Below the pieces are notes generated by a model that ran no database searches, was not told the origin of the DNA, and saw only the letters and a program-made list of their open reading frames with translations. From assembly GCA_964425075.1 (NCBI GenBank), contig CAYRKM010000001.1, positions 705,793 to 769,792 on the forward strand: DNA of 64,000 nt, read 5' to 3'. A program made the position numbers and the translations under genes. This document shows positions 21,292 to 31,915 of this stretch, in pieces (position 1 is the stretch's first letter; each line of letters opens with the position of its first letter). The stretch comes from an uncultured Gammaproteobacteria bacterium (GTDB lineage Bacteria; Patescibacteriota; Microgenomatia; Levybacterales; GWA1-39-11).

Positions 21292-21816
21292 ATGTTTCGA
21301 TATTATTTTATTTTTGCTACTGCTTTTTTACTATTTCTTTTCTTCACTACCCCAACATTTGCCCAGTCTACATATGTTTTACCTTATCCGTCAGCCATGC
21401 CGGGAAGCGTATGGTATAAAGTAAGCTTGGTAAAAGAAATGTTGTCAAAATATTGGCAATATGGGGATTTTGGGCAGTTTGATTACAATCTTAAACAGTC
21501 TGATAAATATCTTGTTGAGGCAAAAATCCTATTTGACTACAAACAATATCTTCTTGGTTATAGCGCTCTTCTCAAATCGGACAAATATTTTATCCAAATT
21601 CCTAAGCATCTTGAAAGTGCCTCAAAAAATGGCAAAATCATAAATGACAAGAAAAAAATCTTTATTGAAGCGTCACTTAAGCACACAGAAGAGTTGAAAA
21701 AAATGAAGGATAGTGTTCCTGAAGTTTTTACTTGGACGCCAGAAAAAAACGAACCGACAGTTTTAATGCTTTCAAAAACAATAAATTCATCAATTGAAAA
21801 AAGGAGTATTAAGTGA
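21292..21816 (+). CDS. Exported/anchored helical protein, DUF5667-like
   Basis: N-terminal signal-like segment (..PTFAQ), then YVLPYPSAMPGSVWYKV...KE....SDKYLVEA, resembling the DUF5667 LPxSPxYxLK..E / RLxE pattern. Confidence 0.6.
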   Translation: MFRYYFIFATAFLLFLFFTTPTFAQSTYVLPYPSAMPGSVWYKVSLVKEMLSKYWQYGDFGQFDYNLKQSDKYLVEAKILFDYKQYLLGYSALLKSDKYFIQIPKHLESASKNGKIINDKKKIFIEASLKHTEELKKMKDSVPEVFTWTPEKNEPTVLMLSKTINSSIEKRSIK

Positions 21817-22925
21817 TTTTATATATTTATTCAATTTCTTTAATTCTATTTTCCTTTTTTACTTATCTTTTTGTAGATATTAATTTCATTTATCTTAAAA
21901 ATTTTATTACACGAATAGCTCTTGATAACAGGATTATTGTAAGTACTATTTATTTCGTTTTTATATCTTCTTTTTTCATACTTTATGCTTTAATTCTTAA
22001 TAAAAACAAAATTGAGACTATTTTTAAGCACAAATTTACATTGTGTATTGTTGCAATACTTTTGCTTTTGGCATATCCTGCATATGTTTCTTATGATATT
22101 TTTAATTACATAGCAACGGCAAAAGTTACTTTTTTCTATTTCGAGAATCCTTATGTTGTTATGCCCATTGAATTCACCAAAGATCCAGTTTTGCTTTTTA
22201 CCCACGCTGCCAACAAATTGGCGCTTTATGGCCCATTTTGGATTATATTATCGGGTATTCCATTCATGCTTTCGTTTGGAAACTATTTAGTTGCTATTTT
22301 TCTATTCAAGTTGATTTCTGCAGGGTTTTTTGTAGGATTATGTTATTTAATATTAAAAATAACTAACAGTAAATTTAGCCTCGTATTATTTTCTTTAAGT
22401 CCTTTAGTTCTTTTGGAAACCTTTGTGAGTGGGCATAATGATACGGCAATGATGTTTCTGGCACTATTCTCATTTTATCTGATACAAAAGAAAAAAATTA
22501 TTTTGGCAATTGTTTTTATTATGCTTTCCATTTTGATTAAATTCGCAACAGCCATTCTTTTACCAGTTATTTTTTATTGTGTTTACAAAAAATTTAAAAA
22601 GCAAAATTTAAATTGGAACAACGTATGGCTAATATCATTTTTGCTAATGCTTATTATATTTTTTCTTTCTTTCCTGCGTGAAGAAATTTATCCTTGGTAT
22701 GCTATTTGGCCACTGACGTTTCTTGTACTTATGCCTCAAAAGAAAAATATAATTATACTTTTCTCGGTATTTACTTATGGATTAATGTTGAGATATCTAC
22801 CCTATATGCTATTGGGAGATCATTTTGGAATAACGCCCATTCTTAAAATTATTTTTATGACAATTCCGGTTGTGGTCACTTTTTTCTTTTTGTATATAAA
22901 CAAAAAAATTAGAGCAAAATTTTAA
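21813..22925 (+). CDS. GT-C membrane glycosyltransferase, MptA/MptB (polyprenol-P-mannose alpha-1,6-mannosyltransferase)-like
   Basis: SYDIFNY, NPY...P, YGPFW, P.VL.E...GHND..M, IK, YPWY motifs; GTG start overlaps the upstream stop. Confidence 0.72.
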   Translation: MILYIYSISLILFSFFTYLFVDINFIYLKNFITRIALDNRIIVSTIYFVFISSFFILYALILNKNKIETIFKHKFTLCIVAILLLLAYPAYVSYDIFNYIATAKVTFFYFENPYVVMPIEFTKDPVLLFTHAANKLALYGPFWIILSGIPFMLSFGNYLVAIFLFKLISAGFFVGLCYLILKITNSKFSLVLFSLSPLVLLETFVSGHNDTAMMFLALFSFYLIQKKKIILAIVFIMLSILIKFATAILLPVIFYCVYKKFKKQNLNWNNVWLISFLLMLIIFFLSFLREEIYPWYAIWPLTFLVLMPQKKNIIILFSVFTYGLMLRYLPYMLLGDHFGITPILKIIFMTIPVVVTFFFLYINKKIRAKF

Positions 22926-24754
22926 TGTTAGTACTTATTTTTCTCCTAGCAGTTTTGTTTTTTGGATATTCAATATGTGCAAACTTAATTTTGCATACAA
23001 AACTGCCAATTGTTGTATCAACATTTTTTGTTGGAAGTCTATTCTCTATCCCGTTAGTTTTTGTCTTGCTATTCGCGTTTAAAAATCTTGAAGGAGCTAT
23101 CATTATATTTATTTTTCTTGTATCTTTATTTGTTGGGCTTTCTGTAAAAAATTTTGTTCGGGAACTTAAGAAAGAGGTGCTAAACTTTAGAGAGACAATT
23201 TTAAACATTCTCCTTTTTACTTTATTTTTTCTTCTTTTCGAACGTTCATTCGCATATGATGGAAAAGTTAATTCTATCTTAATACAAACTAATCTTTTTC
23301 AGGATTTCGGGGCACATATTCCCTTCATTAGGGCATTTTCAATGGGAAACGCAACAACACCTGAAGTGCCATTTTTTGCAGGAATGGGATTACTGTACCA
23401 CTTTATGTTTGATTTTTACGCTGCAATTCTTGAAAAACTCGGCTTAAGAATTGATTATGCCATGAATTTACTGAGTGCACTATCTTTATTGGGATTATTT
23501 AATGTGTTCAAGTATTTATCTCAAATATTGTTTAAGAGTAAAATACCGGGAATATTTGCGCTTGTATTTTTATTGTTTAGTACTGATTTGTCGATTTTAC
23601 AATTATTTAACCAATATGGTTTTTCATTTTCAGAGTGGTACAACCACAATACATATTTCCCAGTTAACTCTTTAGGCATAAATATAGAGAAATATTTTTT
23701 GAACATAAACACATTCCTTAACCAAAGACATTTGCTTTTTGGACTTCTGATCTTTTTTTCTTTCTTCTATATATTATTAGCGGAGAAAGTAAAATCTTTA
23801 AAAAAAATAATTTTTCTCTCATTACTTATTGGATTTTCTCCTTTTTGGCATGTTCAGGTTACTGCTGCGTTGTATATTTTTTTAATAAGTCTTTTTGTCT
23901 TGTTTAGAGAAAGAAGAGGAGAGTTACTAAAAATAATTGTAATTTCTCTTATTTTTTCTTTTCCTCAGTTGCTTCTAATAAAATCATCCTCAGTTAATAG
24001 AATTGTAATTAATCCTGGTTTCCTTCTCCACAATACTTTTACGTTTAAAAACTTTCTACTATTTTGGATTTGGAATTTTGGCCTACTATTACCACTTGGG
24101 ATTTGGGGGTTCATTCGATCCAACACTTTTCAAAGAAAAATTCTATTTAGTTCGCTACCAATTTTTATAATTCCAAATATATTTCAATTTTCTCAGGATA
24201 TTTTCGATAATCATAAGTTTTTTAATATATGGATTGTTTTTTTGGGTCTTTTTGCAGGTGTTGCTGTTAAGCTTGTTTTAAATAGAAGTGTTCCTCTTAA
24301 AATAGTAGCAAGCGCTATCGTTATTGTTACTATTTCTTCAGGTATTTTCCATATGCTTGTTGTCAAAAATGATATATATGCCTCGGTTGTAGATATCGCC
24401 TCAACTCCACTCGGGAAATATGTAAATAACAACATAGGTTCGGGTGATATAGTGTTAACGAACGGACAAATTTATGACCCAGTTTCGCTAATTGGGGTGA
24501 GGACATTTATTGGACGAGCACATTATATTTATTTGTACGGTGGCAATCCCGACAGTAGGGTAATTGAGAAAGATATAATATTAAAGGGATTTAGCGATAG
24601 TATTTTTAGAATACTTTCGTCAAATAAGATAACCTACGTAATAATATACAAGGAAGGAGAAGTATTTAACCCTGAGAAGGCAAATATGCAGTATTTAAAT
24701 AAAAGTTTTAAAAAGGTATATGAAGACGATACAGCAATTATTTATAAAATTTAG
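22925..24754 (+). CDS. Polytopic membrane protein, probable GT-C
   Basis: Many TMs; FQDFGAH...I, P.FAG..L.YHF..DF, QR, DN.KF motifs; soluble C-terminal domain ending VYEDDTAIIYKI. Confidence 0.65.
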   Translation: MLVLIFLLAVLFFGYSICANLILHTKLPIVVSTFFVGSLFSIPLVFVLLFAFKNLEGAIIIFIFLVSLFVGLSVKNFVRELKKEVLNFRETILNILLFTLFFLLFERSFAYDGKVNSILIQTNLFQDFGAHIPFIRAFSMGNATTPEVPFFAGMGLLYHFMFDFYAAILEKLGLRIDYAMNLLSALSLLGLFNVFKYLSQILFKSKIPGIFALVFLLFSTDLSILQLFNQYGFSFSEWYNHNTYFPVNSLGINIEKYFLNINTFLNQRHLLFGLLIFFSFFYILLAEKVKSLKKIIFLSLLIGFSPFWHVQVTAALYIFLISLFVLFRERRGELLKIIVISLIFSFPQLLLIKSSSVNRIVINPGFLLHNTFTFKNFLLFWIWNFGLLLPLGIWGFIRSNTFQRKILFSSLPIFIIPNIFQFSQDIFDNHKFFNIWIVFLGLFAGVAVKLVLNRSVPLKIVASAIVIVTISSGIFHMLVVKNDIYASVVDIASTPLGKYVNNNIGSGDIVLTNGQIYDPVSLIGVRTFIGRAHYIYLYGGNPDSRVIEKDIILKGFSDSIFRILSSNKITYVIIYKEGEVFNPEKANMQYLNKSFKKVYEDDTAIIYKI

Positions 24755-26396
24755 TGGTTTAACAGTAGTAATTCTTATAGCTTTACTTGCTGTTTTTGAT
24801 CTTTCGCATTATGGTATTCCGCCTACCCATGATGGCGAATATCACATTATGCGCTTTTGGCAATTCTACAAGAATCTCGAGGGTGGAATTATTTATCCTC
24901 GATGGGCACCAGATTTTAATAATGGTTTTGGAATTCCGCTATTTAATTATGTTTATCCCTTGCCTAATTACGTTGCTTCCCTTTTTCATTTATTTGGGTT
25001 TGGTTTTATTGAAAGCTTAAAGCTTAATTTTGCTTTTGCAACAATTACTGGTAGCATTTTTTTCTACTTGTGGACAAAAAAATATTGGGGCAATTTGGGT
25101 GGGGTTGTATCAAGTGTTTTTTATACTTTTTCGCCATATCATTTTCTAGACATATATGTACGAGGATCTGTTGGTGAAGTTTGGAGTTTAGCGTTGTTTC
25201 CAGGTTTATTATGGGCATATTATAATTACGTTTATTCTAGGAAATATAAATATTTTGTATTATCCGCAGTTTTTCTTGCATTACTGATCCTGGCGCACAA
25301 TATCCTGGCAGTAATTTTTTTCTCACTTTTCCTCTTGTATGCTTTATCATTTCTCAATATTAAAAAGAATGTAGATGTTAATTTAATTGGCTTAATTTGC
25401 CTTACGTTAATAGGATTTGGATTAGCAGCTCCTTTTTGGCTCCCTGCGATTCTTGAGACAAAATATGTTTCAGGACTCCAAATATTTAATCCCACAGACC
25501 ATTTCCCCAAACTATATCAACTTATATATTCTTCGTGGGGATACGGATTTTCTGGTGTTAAGCCGTCAGGGGCAGAAGGACAAATGTCTTTTCAAATTGG
25601 TATTGCCAACCTTCTTGCTGTGGTCGTTTCATCTGTAATAGTTTTTCTAAATAGAAAAAGGATAGTTTTCTTATCTATTCTAGCTTTTTTTGTTTTTGTT
25701 TTTCTAATAACGCCCCTGTCTGGTTGGCTGTGGGATGTTATTCCTGGCGTGTCCTACGTGCAGTTTCCATGGAGACTTCTTAGTGCGGTAATAGTTTTAG
25801 CATCTTTTTTGGCAGGTAGTGTTGTTTCAGACGATTTATTTAAGAAAAAAAGAAAAATTCAAATATTAATGGCAGCTGGGGCAATATGTATTTCGATAAT
25901 CTTGGGCATAAAGTACGCCAAAGCCCCTTTTTACCATGAACGAGCAGATGAACACTATTTAACCAGAAGTAATTTCACCGATGGAACAAATAGTCCGGGA
26001 AATTTATTTAATACAAAATGGCTTAAGAATGTTCCAGAGAAAAAAAGCAAAAAAGTAGAAATCATTAGAGGAAGGGGAAATATTGCTATTGCGAAGCAAG
26101 CAACTGATGGTTTGTTATTTTCTGTTAAAACGAACGAGAATCTTCTAATTCAGGTTAATACTGCTTTCTTTCCAGGTTGGGTAGCTTTGGTTGATAATTC
26201 TTCGACCGAGATAATAAATAACTCAGGAATAGTAAATTTAGTAGTACCTAGTGGGAAGCATAGTGTTAGAATATTTCTCAAAAATACAGTAATTCAAGAG
26301 ATATCCTACATGTATTTTTTATTTTCGATTTTACTTATAATATTAATGCCTAAAAATAAATTTTTTGAAAGAAAAAAATATGAGAATTGGAATTGA
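24720..26396 (+). CDS. 'PTPS-related'/YfhO-like GT-C membrane protein (paralog of 276..1931)
   Basis: THDGEYH..R, PRWAPD.N.GFG.P.F, SPYH..D.YVRG..GE, QFPWRLL, FFPGW.A.VD...GKH motifs. Confidence 0.8.
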   Translation: MKTIQQLFIKFSGLTVVILIALLAVFDLSHYGIPPTHDGEYHIMRFWQFYKNLEGGIIYPRWAPDFNNGFGIPLFNYVYPLPNYVASLFHLFGFGFIESLKLNFAFATITGSIFFYLWTKKYWGNLGGVVSSVFYTFSPYHFLDIYVRGSVGEVWSLALFPGLLWAYYNYVYSRKYKYFVLSAVFLALLILAHNILAVIFFSLFLLYALSFLNIKKNVDVNLIGLICLTLIGFGLAAPFWLPAILETKYVSGLQIFNPTDHFPKLYQLIYSSWGYGFSGVKPSGAEGQMSFQIGIANLLAVVVSSVIVFLNRKRIVFLSILAFFVFVFLITPLSGWLWDVIPGVSYVQFPWRLLSAVIVLASFLAGSVVSDDLFKKKRKIQILMAAGAICISIILGIKYAKAPFYHERADEHYLTRSNFTDGTNSPGNLFNTKWLKNVPEKKSKKVEIIRGRGNIAIAKQATDGLLFSVKTNENLLIQVNTAFFPGWVALVDNSSTEIINNSGIVNLVVPSGKHSVRIFLKNTVIQEISYMYFLFSILLIILMPKNKFFERKKYENWN

Positions 26397-27447
26397 TATA
26401 TCGCCAATTAGCACAAAATCGACTTCACAGCACAAAGTACGTGGTGTTGGAGCATATATCAATTTATTAAAAGAACATCTACCAGTCGAGGACAAAAAAA
26501 ATGAATATTTATTTATCGAAGACAAGAAAATTCCAAAGGACATAGACTTACTCCATTTTCCGTATTTTGACCCTTTTTTCTTAACTTTTCCCTTAATTAA
26601 AAAAAAGAAAACAGTCATAACGATTCACGATATTATTCCGCTTGCTCATGGGAAGGAGTTTCCTGCAGGAATTAAAGGGAATTTAAAATGGCAAATTAAT
26701 AAAAGAATTTTATTGTCTGCAGATGGGATTATTACTGATTCAAAGGCTTCTAGAAATGCTTTAAATAAGCTCTTAAATTATCCTAACGAGAAAACATACG
26801 TTGTTCCTCTTGGTGTTAGTAGTGACTTTAAAAAAATAAAGCTTTCTAATTTTGATATTAAGACAATCAAGGAAAAATATTCGCTGCCGGATCGTTTCCT
26901 GATGTATGTTGGCGATGTTACATGGAATAAAAATTTGCCAAGGCTTATTGAGGCCATTAATTTAATACATAACATTCCTCTTGTTATGGTAGGAAGAGCT
27001 ATAACAGAAAAAGAATTCGATAAGTCTAATTCTTGGAATAGAGATAGAAATTATTTGATTAAGAATACAGAGAATAAGTTATTTCACAAACTAGGATTTG
27101 TTCCTACAACTGACCTAATAATGCTTTATAACCTTGCTGATGCTTTGGTCATGCCTTCCCTTGATGAAGGGTTTGGGTTACCGGCATTGGAAGCGATGAG
27201 CTGTGGTTGCCCAGTGATTATATCTCATGAAGGAAGTCTTCCTGAGGTAGGGGGAGAGGCTGCATTATATGTAGATGCTTATTCTACAGAGAACATAAAA
27301 AAAACACTAGAAAAAGTTTGGACCGATTCAGAATTAAGAAAGAGATTATCAACTAAGTCGATTGAACAATCTAGAAAATTTTCTATTGAAAAAATGATAA
27401 GAGATACAGTAAGTGCTTACGAAATAATAAATGAAAAAGCACATTAA
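26380..27447 (+). CDS. GT4 glycosyltransferase (MtfB/WbaZ-like)
   Basis: MRIGID, RGVG.Y, TIHD.IP, KNL.RL, PSLDEGFGLPALEAM, SLPEVGG motifs; ATG at 26380 preferred. Confidence 0.9.
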   Translation: MRIGIDISPISTKSTSQHKVRGVGAYINLLKEHLPVEDKKNEYLFIEDKKIPKDIDLLHFPYFDPFFLTFPLIKKKKTVITIHDIIPLAHGKEFPAGIKGNLKWQINKRILLSADGIITDSKASRNALNKLLNYPNEKTYVVPLGVSSDFKKIKLSNFDIKTIKEKYSLPDRFLMYVGDVTWNKNLPRLIEAINLIHNIPLVMVGRAITEKEFDKSNSWNRDRNYLIKNTENKLFHKLGFVPTTDLIMLYNLADALVMPSLDEGFGLPALEAMSCGCPVIISHEGSLPEVGGEAALYVDAYSTENIKKTLEKVWTDSELRKRLSTKSIEQSRKFSIEKMIRDTVSAYEIINEKAH

Positions 27448-28699
27448 TAAAATTATTTCAAATCCTCTCATTTCGGGAAGCAGCATCATTTTTCTGGGAA
27501 CTTTTTTTGCGAATATTTTTAACTATGGATTTAGTCTAATTCTTGGTAGATTATTGCCAGTTTCAGAATATGGATTGGTTGTTTCTCTTGCATCAATAAT
27601 TGCGATATTTACACTTTTTCAAGCATCTTTTTCAAGTATTTTTGCAAAATTTACTGCTCAATATTATGCAAGCGGGGACAGCAAAAAACTAAAACTCTTG
27701 ATAAGTGGTGGGATGCAAGCTGTATTATTGTGTGGAGCAATTGTTTTCTGTCTTTTTTTAATAGGGATACCATTTCTTTCCTCATTTCTACATCTGAATA
27801 ATTTTTTTCTACTTTTAGTTATTGGCGTTTATATTTTTGTATCCTTTTTATACTCATTGCCATATGGTGTGTTGCAGGGAGAACTTCGATTCTTTTCTCT
27901 TTCAGGTTTAAATATTGCAAGCTCTGCTGTAAAAATAATTGTTGGAACTTTTCTAGTTTTATTGGGTTGGGGTGTTTTGGGAGCATTGGGAGGATATCTT
28001 TTCTCAATGATTGTGCCATTTATTATTGGTGTTGCTCTTATCTTTTCAAAAGTTGGATTTTCATGGGGAAAATCAAAACAGCTGGGAATATTCTTTTATG
28101 AATTTAGAAAATATAGTTTTTATTTTTTCCTTGCTTCTCTTGGAATAACCATTTTTAATACTTTGGACGTTGTTTTGGTGAGAAACATTTTTGATGAAGT
28201 AACATCTGGGCAATATGCTGCACTATCATTAATTGGAAAATCAATTTTCTATCTCACCTCTCCAATTTATTTTGTATTTTTTCCACTAATTTCAAAAAAG
28301 AATGAATTAAAAGAGAAACTTACCCCAACCCTTCTCCTTGCGTCCATTATTGTACTTGCAGTTTCAGGTAGTGCTTCTGTTTTCTATTTTCTTTTTCCGC
28401 ATTTAGTTGTTAACATCTTTTTTCCGGCAAAGGAATACGCAATGTTATCGCAATATGTAGGACTGTATTCAGTATTTATTACGGTGTTCTCATTGGCTTT
28501 TCTTTTAAATAATTTTTTCCTTTCTGTCGGGAAAACAGCAGTTTATAAAATAAATATTACATGTGGAGTTTTATTGGTAGGACTTATTTTTATGTTTAGT
28601 AAAAACCTTTATGATGTGATTTGGACCTTGTTAGTAATGTCTCTTGTGCTTTTTACTTCGCTTCTTATATACTACTTTTATTCTTATGCAAGGAATTAA
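27431..28699 (+). CDS. Wzx/MurJ-like oligosaccharide flippase (MATE-like polysaccharide exporter)
   Basis: About 12 TMs; NIFNY...LGR.L...EYG, GVLQG, G.GV.GA, D...V.....GQYAA, FP motifs. Confidence 0.85.
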   Translation: MKKHINKIISNPLISGSSIIFLGTFFANIFNYGFSLILGRLLPVSEYGLVVSLASIIAIFTLFQASFSSIFAKFTAQYYASGDSKKLKLLISGGMQAVLLCGAIVFCLFLIGIPFLSSFLHLNNFFLLLVIGVYIFVSFLYSLPYGVLQGELRFFSLSGLNIASSAVKIIVGTFLVLLGWGVLGALGGYLFSMIVPFIIGVALIFSKVGFSWGKSKQLGIFFYEFRKYSFYFFLASLGITIFNTLDVVLVRNIFDEVTSGQYAALSLIGKSIFYLTSPIYFVFFPLISKKNELKEKLTPTLLLASIIVLAVSGSASVFYFLFPHLVVNIFFPAKEYAMLSQYVGLYSVFITVFSLAFLLNNFFLSVGKTAVYKINITCGVLLVGLIFMFSKNLYDVIWTLLVMSLVLFTSLLIYYFYSYARN

Positions 28700-29462
28700 A
28701 TCCCTCTCTCTGATTATCCCAGCATATAAAGAGGAAAAAAACATATCAAAAAGTATTGTTGCTGTTGAGAACATTTTGAAAAAAATGGGAGTGAAATACG
28801 AACTAATTATAGTTGTTGATGGATTTGTTGATAATACATTTAAAAATGCCTCAAAGAAAATATCGAAAAAGGTTAAGGTTTTGGGATATAAAAAAAACAA
28901 GGGTAAAGGATATGCTATTCGGTATGGAATAATTAAGTCAAAGGGAGATGTTGTAGGATTTATTGACGCTGGCCTGGATATAGATCCCGCAGCAATACCA
29001 TTGCTTCTTGAGTATTTAAAAATAAATAGTGCTGATATTGTGTTGGGAAGCAAACTCCATCCTGATTCAATAATTAATTATCCACTTCCAAGAAAGCTGT
29101 TGTCATGGTGTTATCGAAAGTGTTCCCAAGTACTTTTTGGATTTGATATTAAAGACACGCAGGTTGGACTGAAATTATATAGAGGAGATGTTGCGAGAGA
29201 TATTTTTTCAAAGTTAGTCATCAATGGTTTTGCATTTGACATTGAGGTTTTGGCTTTAGCGCATGCATTGGGTTACAGGAAAATTATCGAGGCACCTATT
29301 AAGTTGAGATTTAATAATTTCAGCACAATTACCTCTTATAATTTTTGGCAAATATCCTTAGCAACACTCCTTGACACTTTATCCGTGTTTTACAGGCTAA
29401 AAATAGCAAAGAGCTATGGTAAAATTGAAAAAAATAAAGTTAGGAAAAAACAAAAAAAATGA
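28686..29462 (+). CDS. Dolichyl/polyprenol-phosphate glucosyltransferase-like GT2 (ALG5/DPM1-like)
   Basis: IIPAY.EE, NKGKGYAIRYG, FIDAGLD, GSK, DTQVGLK, FAFDIE motifs; ATG at 28686 preferred. Confidence 0.85.
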   Translation: MQGIKSLSLIIPAYKEEKNISKSIVAVENILKKMGVKYELIIVVDGFVDNTFKNASKKISKKVKVLGYKKNKGKGYAIRYGIIKSKGDVVGFIDAGLDIDPAAIPLLLEYLKINSADIVLGSKLHPDSIINYPLPRKLLSWCYRKCSQVLFGFDIKDTQVGLKLYRGDVARDIFSKLVINGFAFDIEVLALAHALGYRKIIEAPIKLRFNNFSTITSYNFWQISLATLLDTLSVFYRLKIAKSYGKIEKNKVRKKQKK

Positions 29463-30574
29463 AAATTCTTATTTATAACTGGCGTGATTTAAAACATGAA
29501 TGGGCTGGGGGTAGTGAAGTATACATTTTTGAGTTGGCTAAAAGGTGGGTAGATATGGGTCATGAAGTAACTCTGTTTTGCGGACAAAATGTTAGAAATA
29601 ATCTTAAGGAAGAAGAAATGGTTGGAAAAATAAAAATTTATAGAAAGGGGAACAAATTTACACTTTATTTCTGGGGAGCATATTATTATCTAACAAAATT
29701 TCATGGACAATTTGATGTGATTGTTGATGTTGAAAACGGTACACCATTCTTTACGCCATTGTTTTCAAGAACTCCAAAGGTGTGTCTGGTGCACCATGTG
29801 CATGGGAGTCAATTTTTTTACGAATTCCCTTTTCCACTAAGTTATGTCGGATTTTTTATAGAAAGATATTTTTTTCCGCTTTTTTACAAAAATATTCCCA
29901 TTATTGCTGTTTCTAATACAACAAAAAACAAATTGGTTAAATTGGGATTTCGAAAAAACAACATTAGTGTTGTTTATAATGCTGTCAAAAGTATAAAAAA
30001 ATCAAGCTTTACCCAAGCAAGATTTTCTCATCCCACTTTTGTTTATTTGGGAAGGATTAAGAAATATAAAAGAGTGGATATGTTGGTTAGAATTATGCCA
30101 GAAATTTTGAAAAAAGTGCCAAATGCAAGCCTTATTATTGCAGGCTGGGGAACAGAAGCATCGACAATTGCTGATATCTCAATGCGAAGCGCGGTTAGAA
30201 AAAAGGTAAAAATAATGGGTCCTGTCTCTGAAAGTGAAAAAAAACATCTTCTTGCAAAATCATGGGTTTTTGTGAACCCTTCAATAGGAGAGGGTTGGGG
30301 CCTTTCCGTTATTGAGGCCAATCTTTATGGAACACCGGCAATCGCTTTTAGGGTGCCTGGTTTGTCAGAGTCTATTAGAGATAAAGAAACTGGACTTCTT
30401 GTGGACAGTGAAAAAGATTTAGTAAACAAAATATTGTTTGTTCTAATGAATTCAAAAGAAAGGGAAAGGTTGAGTAAGAACGCGCTTGCATGGGCAAAGC
30501 AATTTAATTGGGACGAGTCTGCTGTTAAGAGTAGCCATATTCTTAGGAATGCTCTGAAAAGACAAAATGCTTAA
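29459..30574 (+). CDS. GT4 glycosyltransferase
   Basis: NWRD..H..AGG.E, HHVH, LGR.KKYKR, EGWGLSVIEAN motifs. Confidence 0.9.
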   Translation: MKILIYNWRDLKHEWAGGSEVYIFELAKRWVDMGHEVTLFCGQNVRNNLKEEEMVGKIKIYRKGNKFTLYFWGAYYYLTKFHGQFDVIVDVENGTPFFTPLFSRTPKVCLVHHVHGSQFFYEFPFPLSYVGFFIERYFFPLFYKNIPIIAVSNTTKNKLVKLGFRKNNISVVYNAVKSIKKSSFTQARFSHPTFVYLGRIKKYKRVDMLVRIMPEILKKVPNASLIIAGWGTEASTIADISMRSAVRKKVKIMGPVSESEKKHLLAKSWVFVNPSIGEGWGLSVIEANLYGTPAIAFRVPGLSESIRDKETGLLVDSEKDLVNKILFVLMNSKERERLSKNALAWAKQFNWDESAVKSSHILRNALKRQNA

Positions 30575-31898
30575 AAATATATTTAAATCACCTCAAATAT
30601 TATTTATTTTTCTCTTAATTTTAATTGTTGGATTACATCTTAGAGCTCACAATTTAATTACCTGGCCACGTCTTGGTGCAACTTTCGATGAATATGCTTG
30701 GACATGGCAAGGGGTAAGTCTTATTCAGGATGGAATGCCTCAATCTTGGTCATATCATCCACAATACAAAAACCGCAAAGAAATTAAATATCAAAAAGCA
30801 ACATTCATATTGGTAAAGCCCTACCTTGAGCACCCTCCGCTATTTGGTTTGGTTGCGGGTTCCTACGCATTGCTTACTGGTTCTAATAATATGTTTGACA
30901 TCAACATTCCTACCATGCGTGGTCTTGCATTAATTTTGGGGGCATTAAGCATTACCATGGTGTTTTTTGTTGCAGGTAAAATTTATGGACCCGGTATTGG
31001 ATTGCTGTCTTCTCTCCTTTATGCAGTGATTCCTACGATTGCTGTTGGTTCGAGAATTGTTCAGAATGAAAACTTTTTTATTCCCATGTGGCTTTTATCC
31101 ATCTATTTCGCAATTTTGTATCTAGAAAAAAATAAGTCGATTTTTCGAAATATAGCAATAATAATCGCGTCCCTCCTAATTCTTTCTAAAATTCCTTGGA
31201 TTGCTGCCCCTTTTTCTATAGGCATCATCTTTCTTTTTAGTAAAAAATATAAGGATATAACTATTCTTTTAATTAGCGTGCTAGCGGTTTTTTTGGCTTA
31301 TTTTCTTTACGGATTTTATTACGATAGAGAAGTTTTTTTGGGTTTGTGGGGGCTTCAGCTTAATCGCTATGATTTAGCTTTTGATAGTATTTATGCACTT
31401 TTTCAAAAGCCATATCTTGCTGATAGATATTATACGGATGGGTGGATTTTTTGGGGATGGATATCCTTTGTTCTTTTATTAATTAAAGACTTTAGGAAAA
31501 ACTTTATTTTAATTTCAGTACTTCTTTCTTATTTTCTGGTTTTCTTAGCTGGTATCCCTGATGAATCAGGTCATGGGTGGTATAGATACCCCTTCTATCC
31601 ATTTCTTGCGATTTCAATTGCGCTTTTCATAAAGGAATATTTTGCAAAAAATTGGGTTTTGACATTTCTTTTTTTGGTTTTTGTTGGAACAACGCTTATG
31701 AATTTAGTATGGACTCCAAAATTTGGATTCTCTTATCCAATATTTAGGTTAAGTATTATTAGTTGGGCACTAGTTCTTGTCCCATTGTACATAAGCGATA
31801 AAAAGATAATTTTATTTGGAAAAATTGTTAGTTATTCTTGGTTAATAATTTTAATAATGATGAGTATCAGGGCAATTATTTATTATAACGAGATGTAG
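30567..31898 (+). CDS. ArnT/PMT-like GT-C membrane glycosyltransferase
   Basis: LR, FDEYAW, EHPPLFG, SR, GWYRYPFYP motifs; many TMs. Confidence 0.78.
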   Translation: MLKNIFKSPQILFIFLLILIVGLHLRAHNLITWPRLGATFDEYAWTWQGVSLIQDGMPQSWSYHPQYKNRKEIKYQKATFILVKPYLEHPPLFGLVAGSYALLTGSNNMFDINIPTMRGLALILGALSITMVFFVAGKIYGPGIGLLSSLLYAVIPTIAVGSRIVQNENFFIPMWLLSIYFAILYLEKNKSIFRNIAIIIASLLILSKIPWIAAPFSIGIIFLFSKKYKDITILLISVLAVFLAYFLYGFYYDREVFLGLWGLQLNRYDLAFDSIYALFQKPYLADRYYTDGWIFWGWISFVLLLIKDFRKNFILISVLLSYFLVFLAGIPDESGHGWYRYPFYPFLAISIALFIKEYFAKNWVLTFLFLVFVGTTLMNLVWTPKFGFSYPIFRLSIISWALVLVPLYISDKKIILFGKIVSYSWLIILIMMSIRAIIYYNEM

Positions 31899-31915
31899 TA
31901 TAATGTACTCATAAA

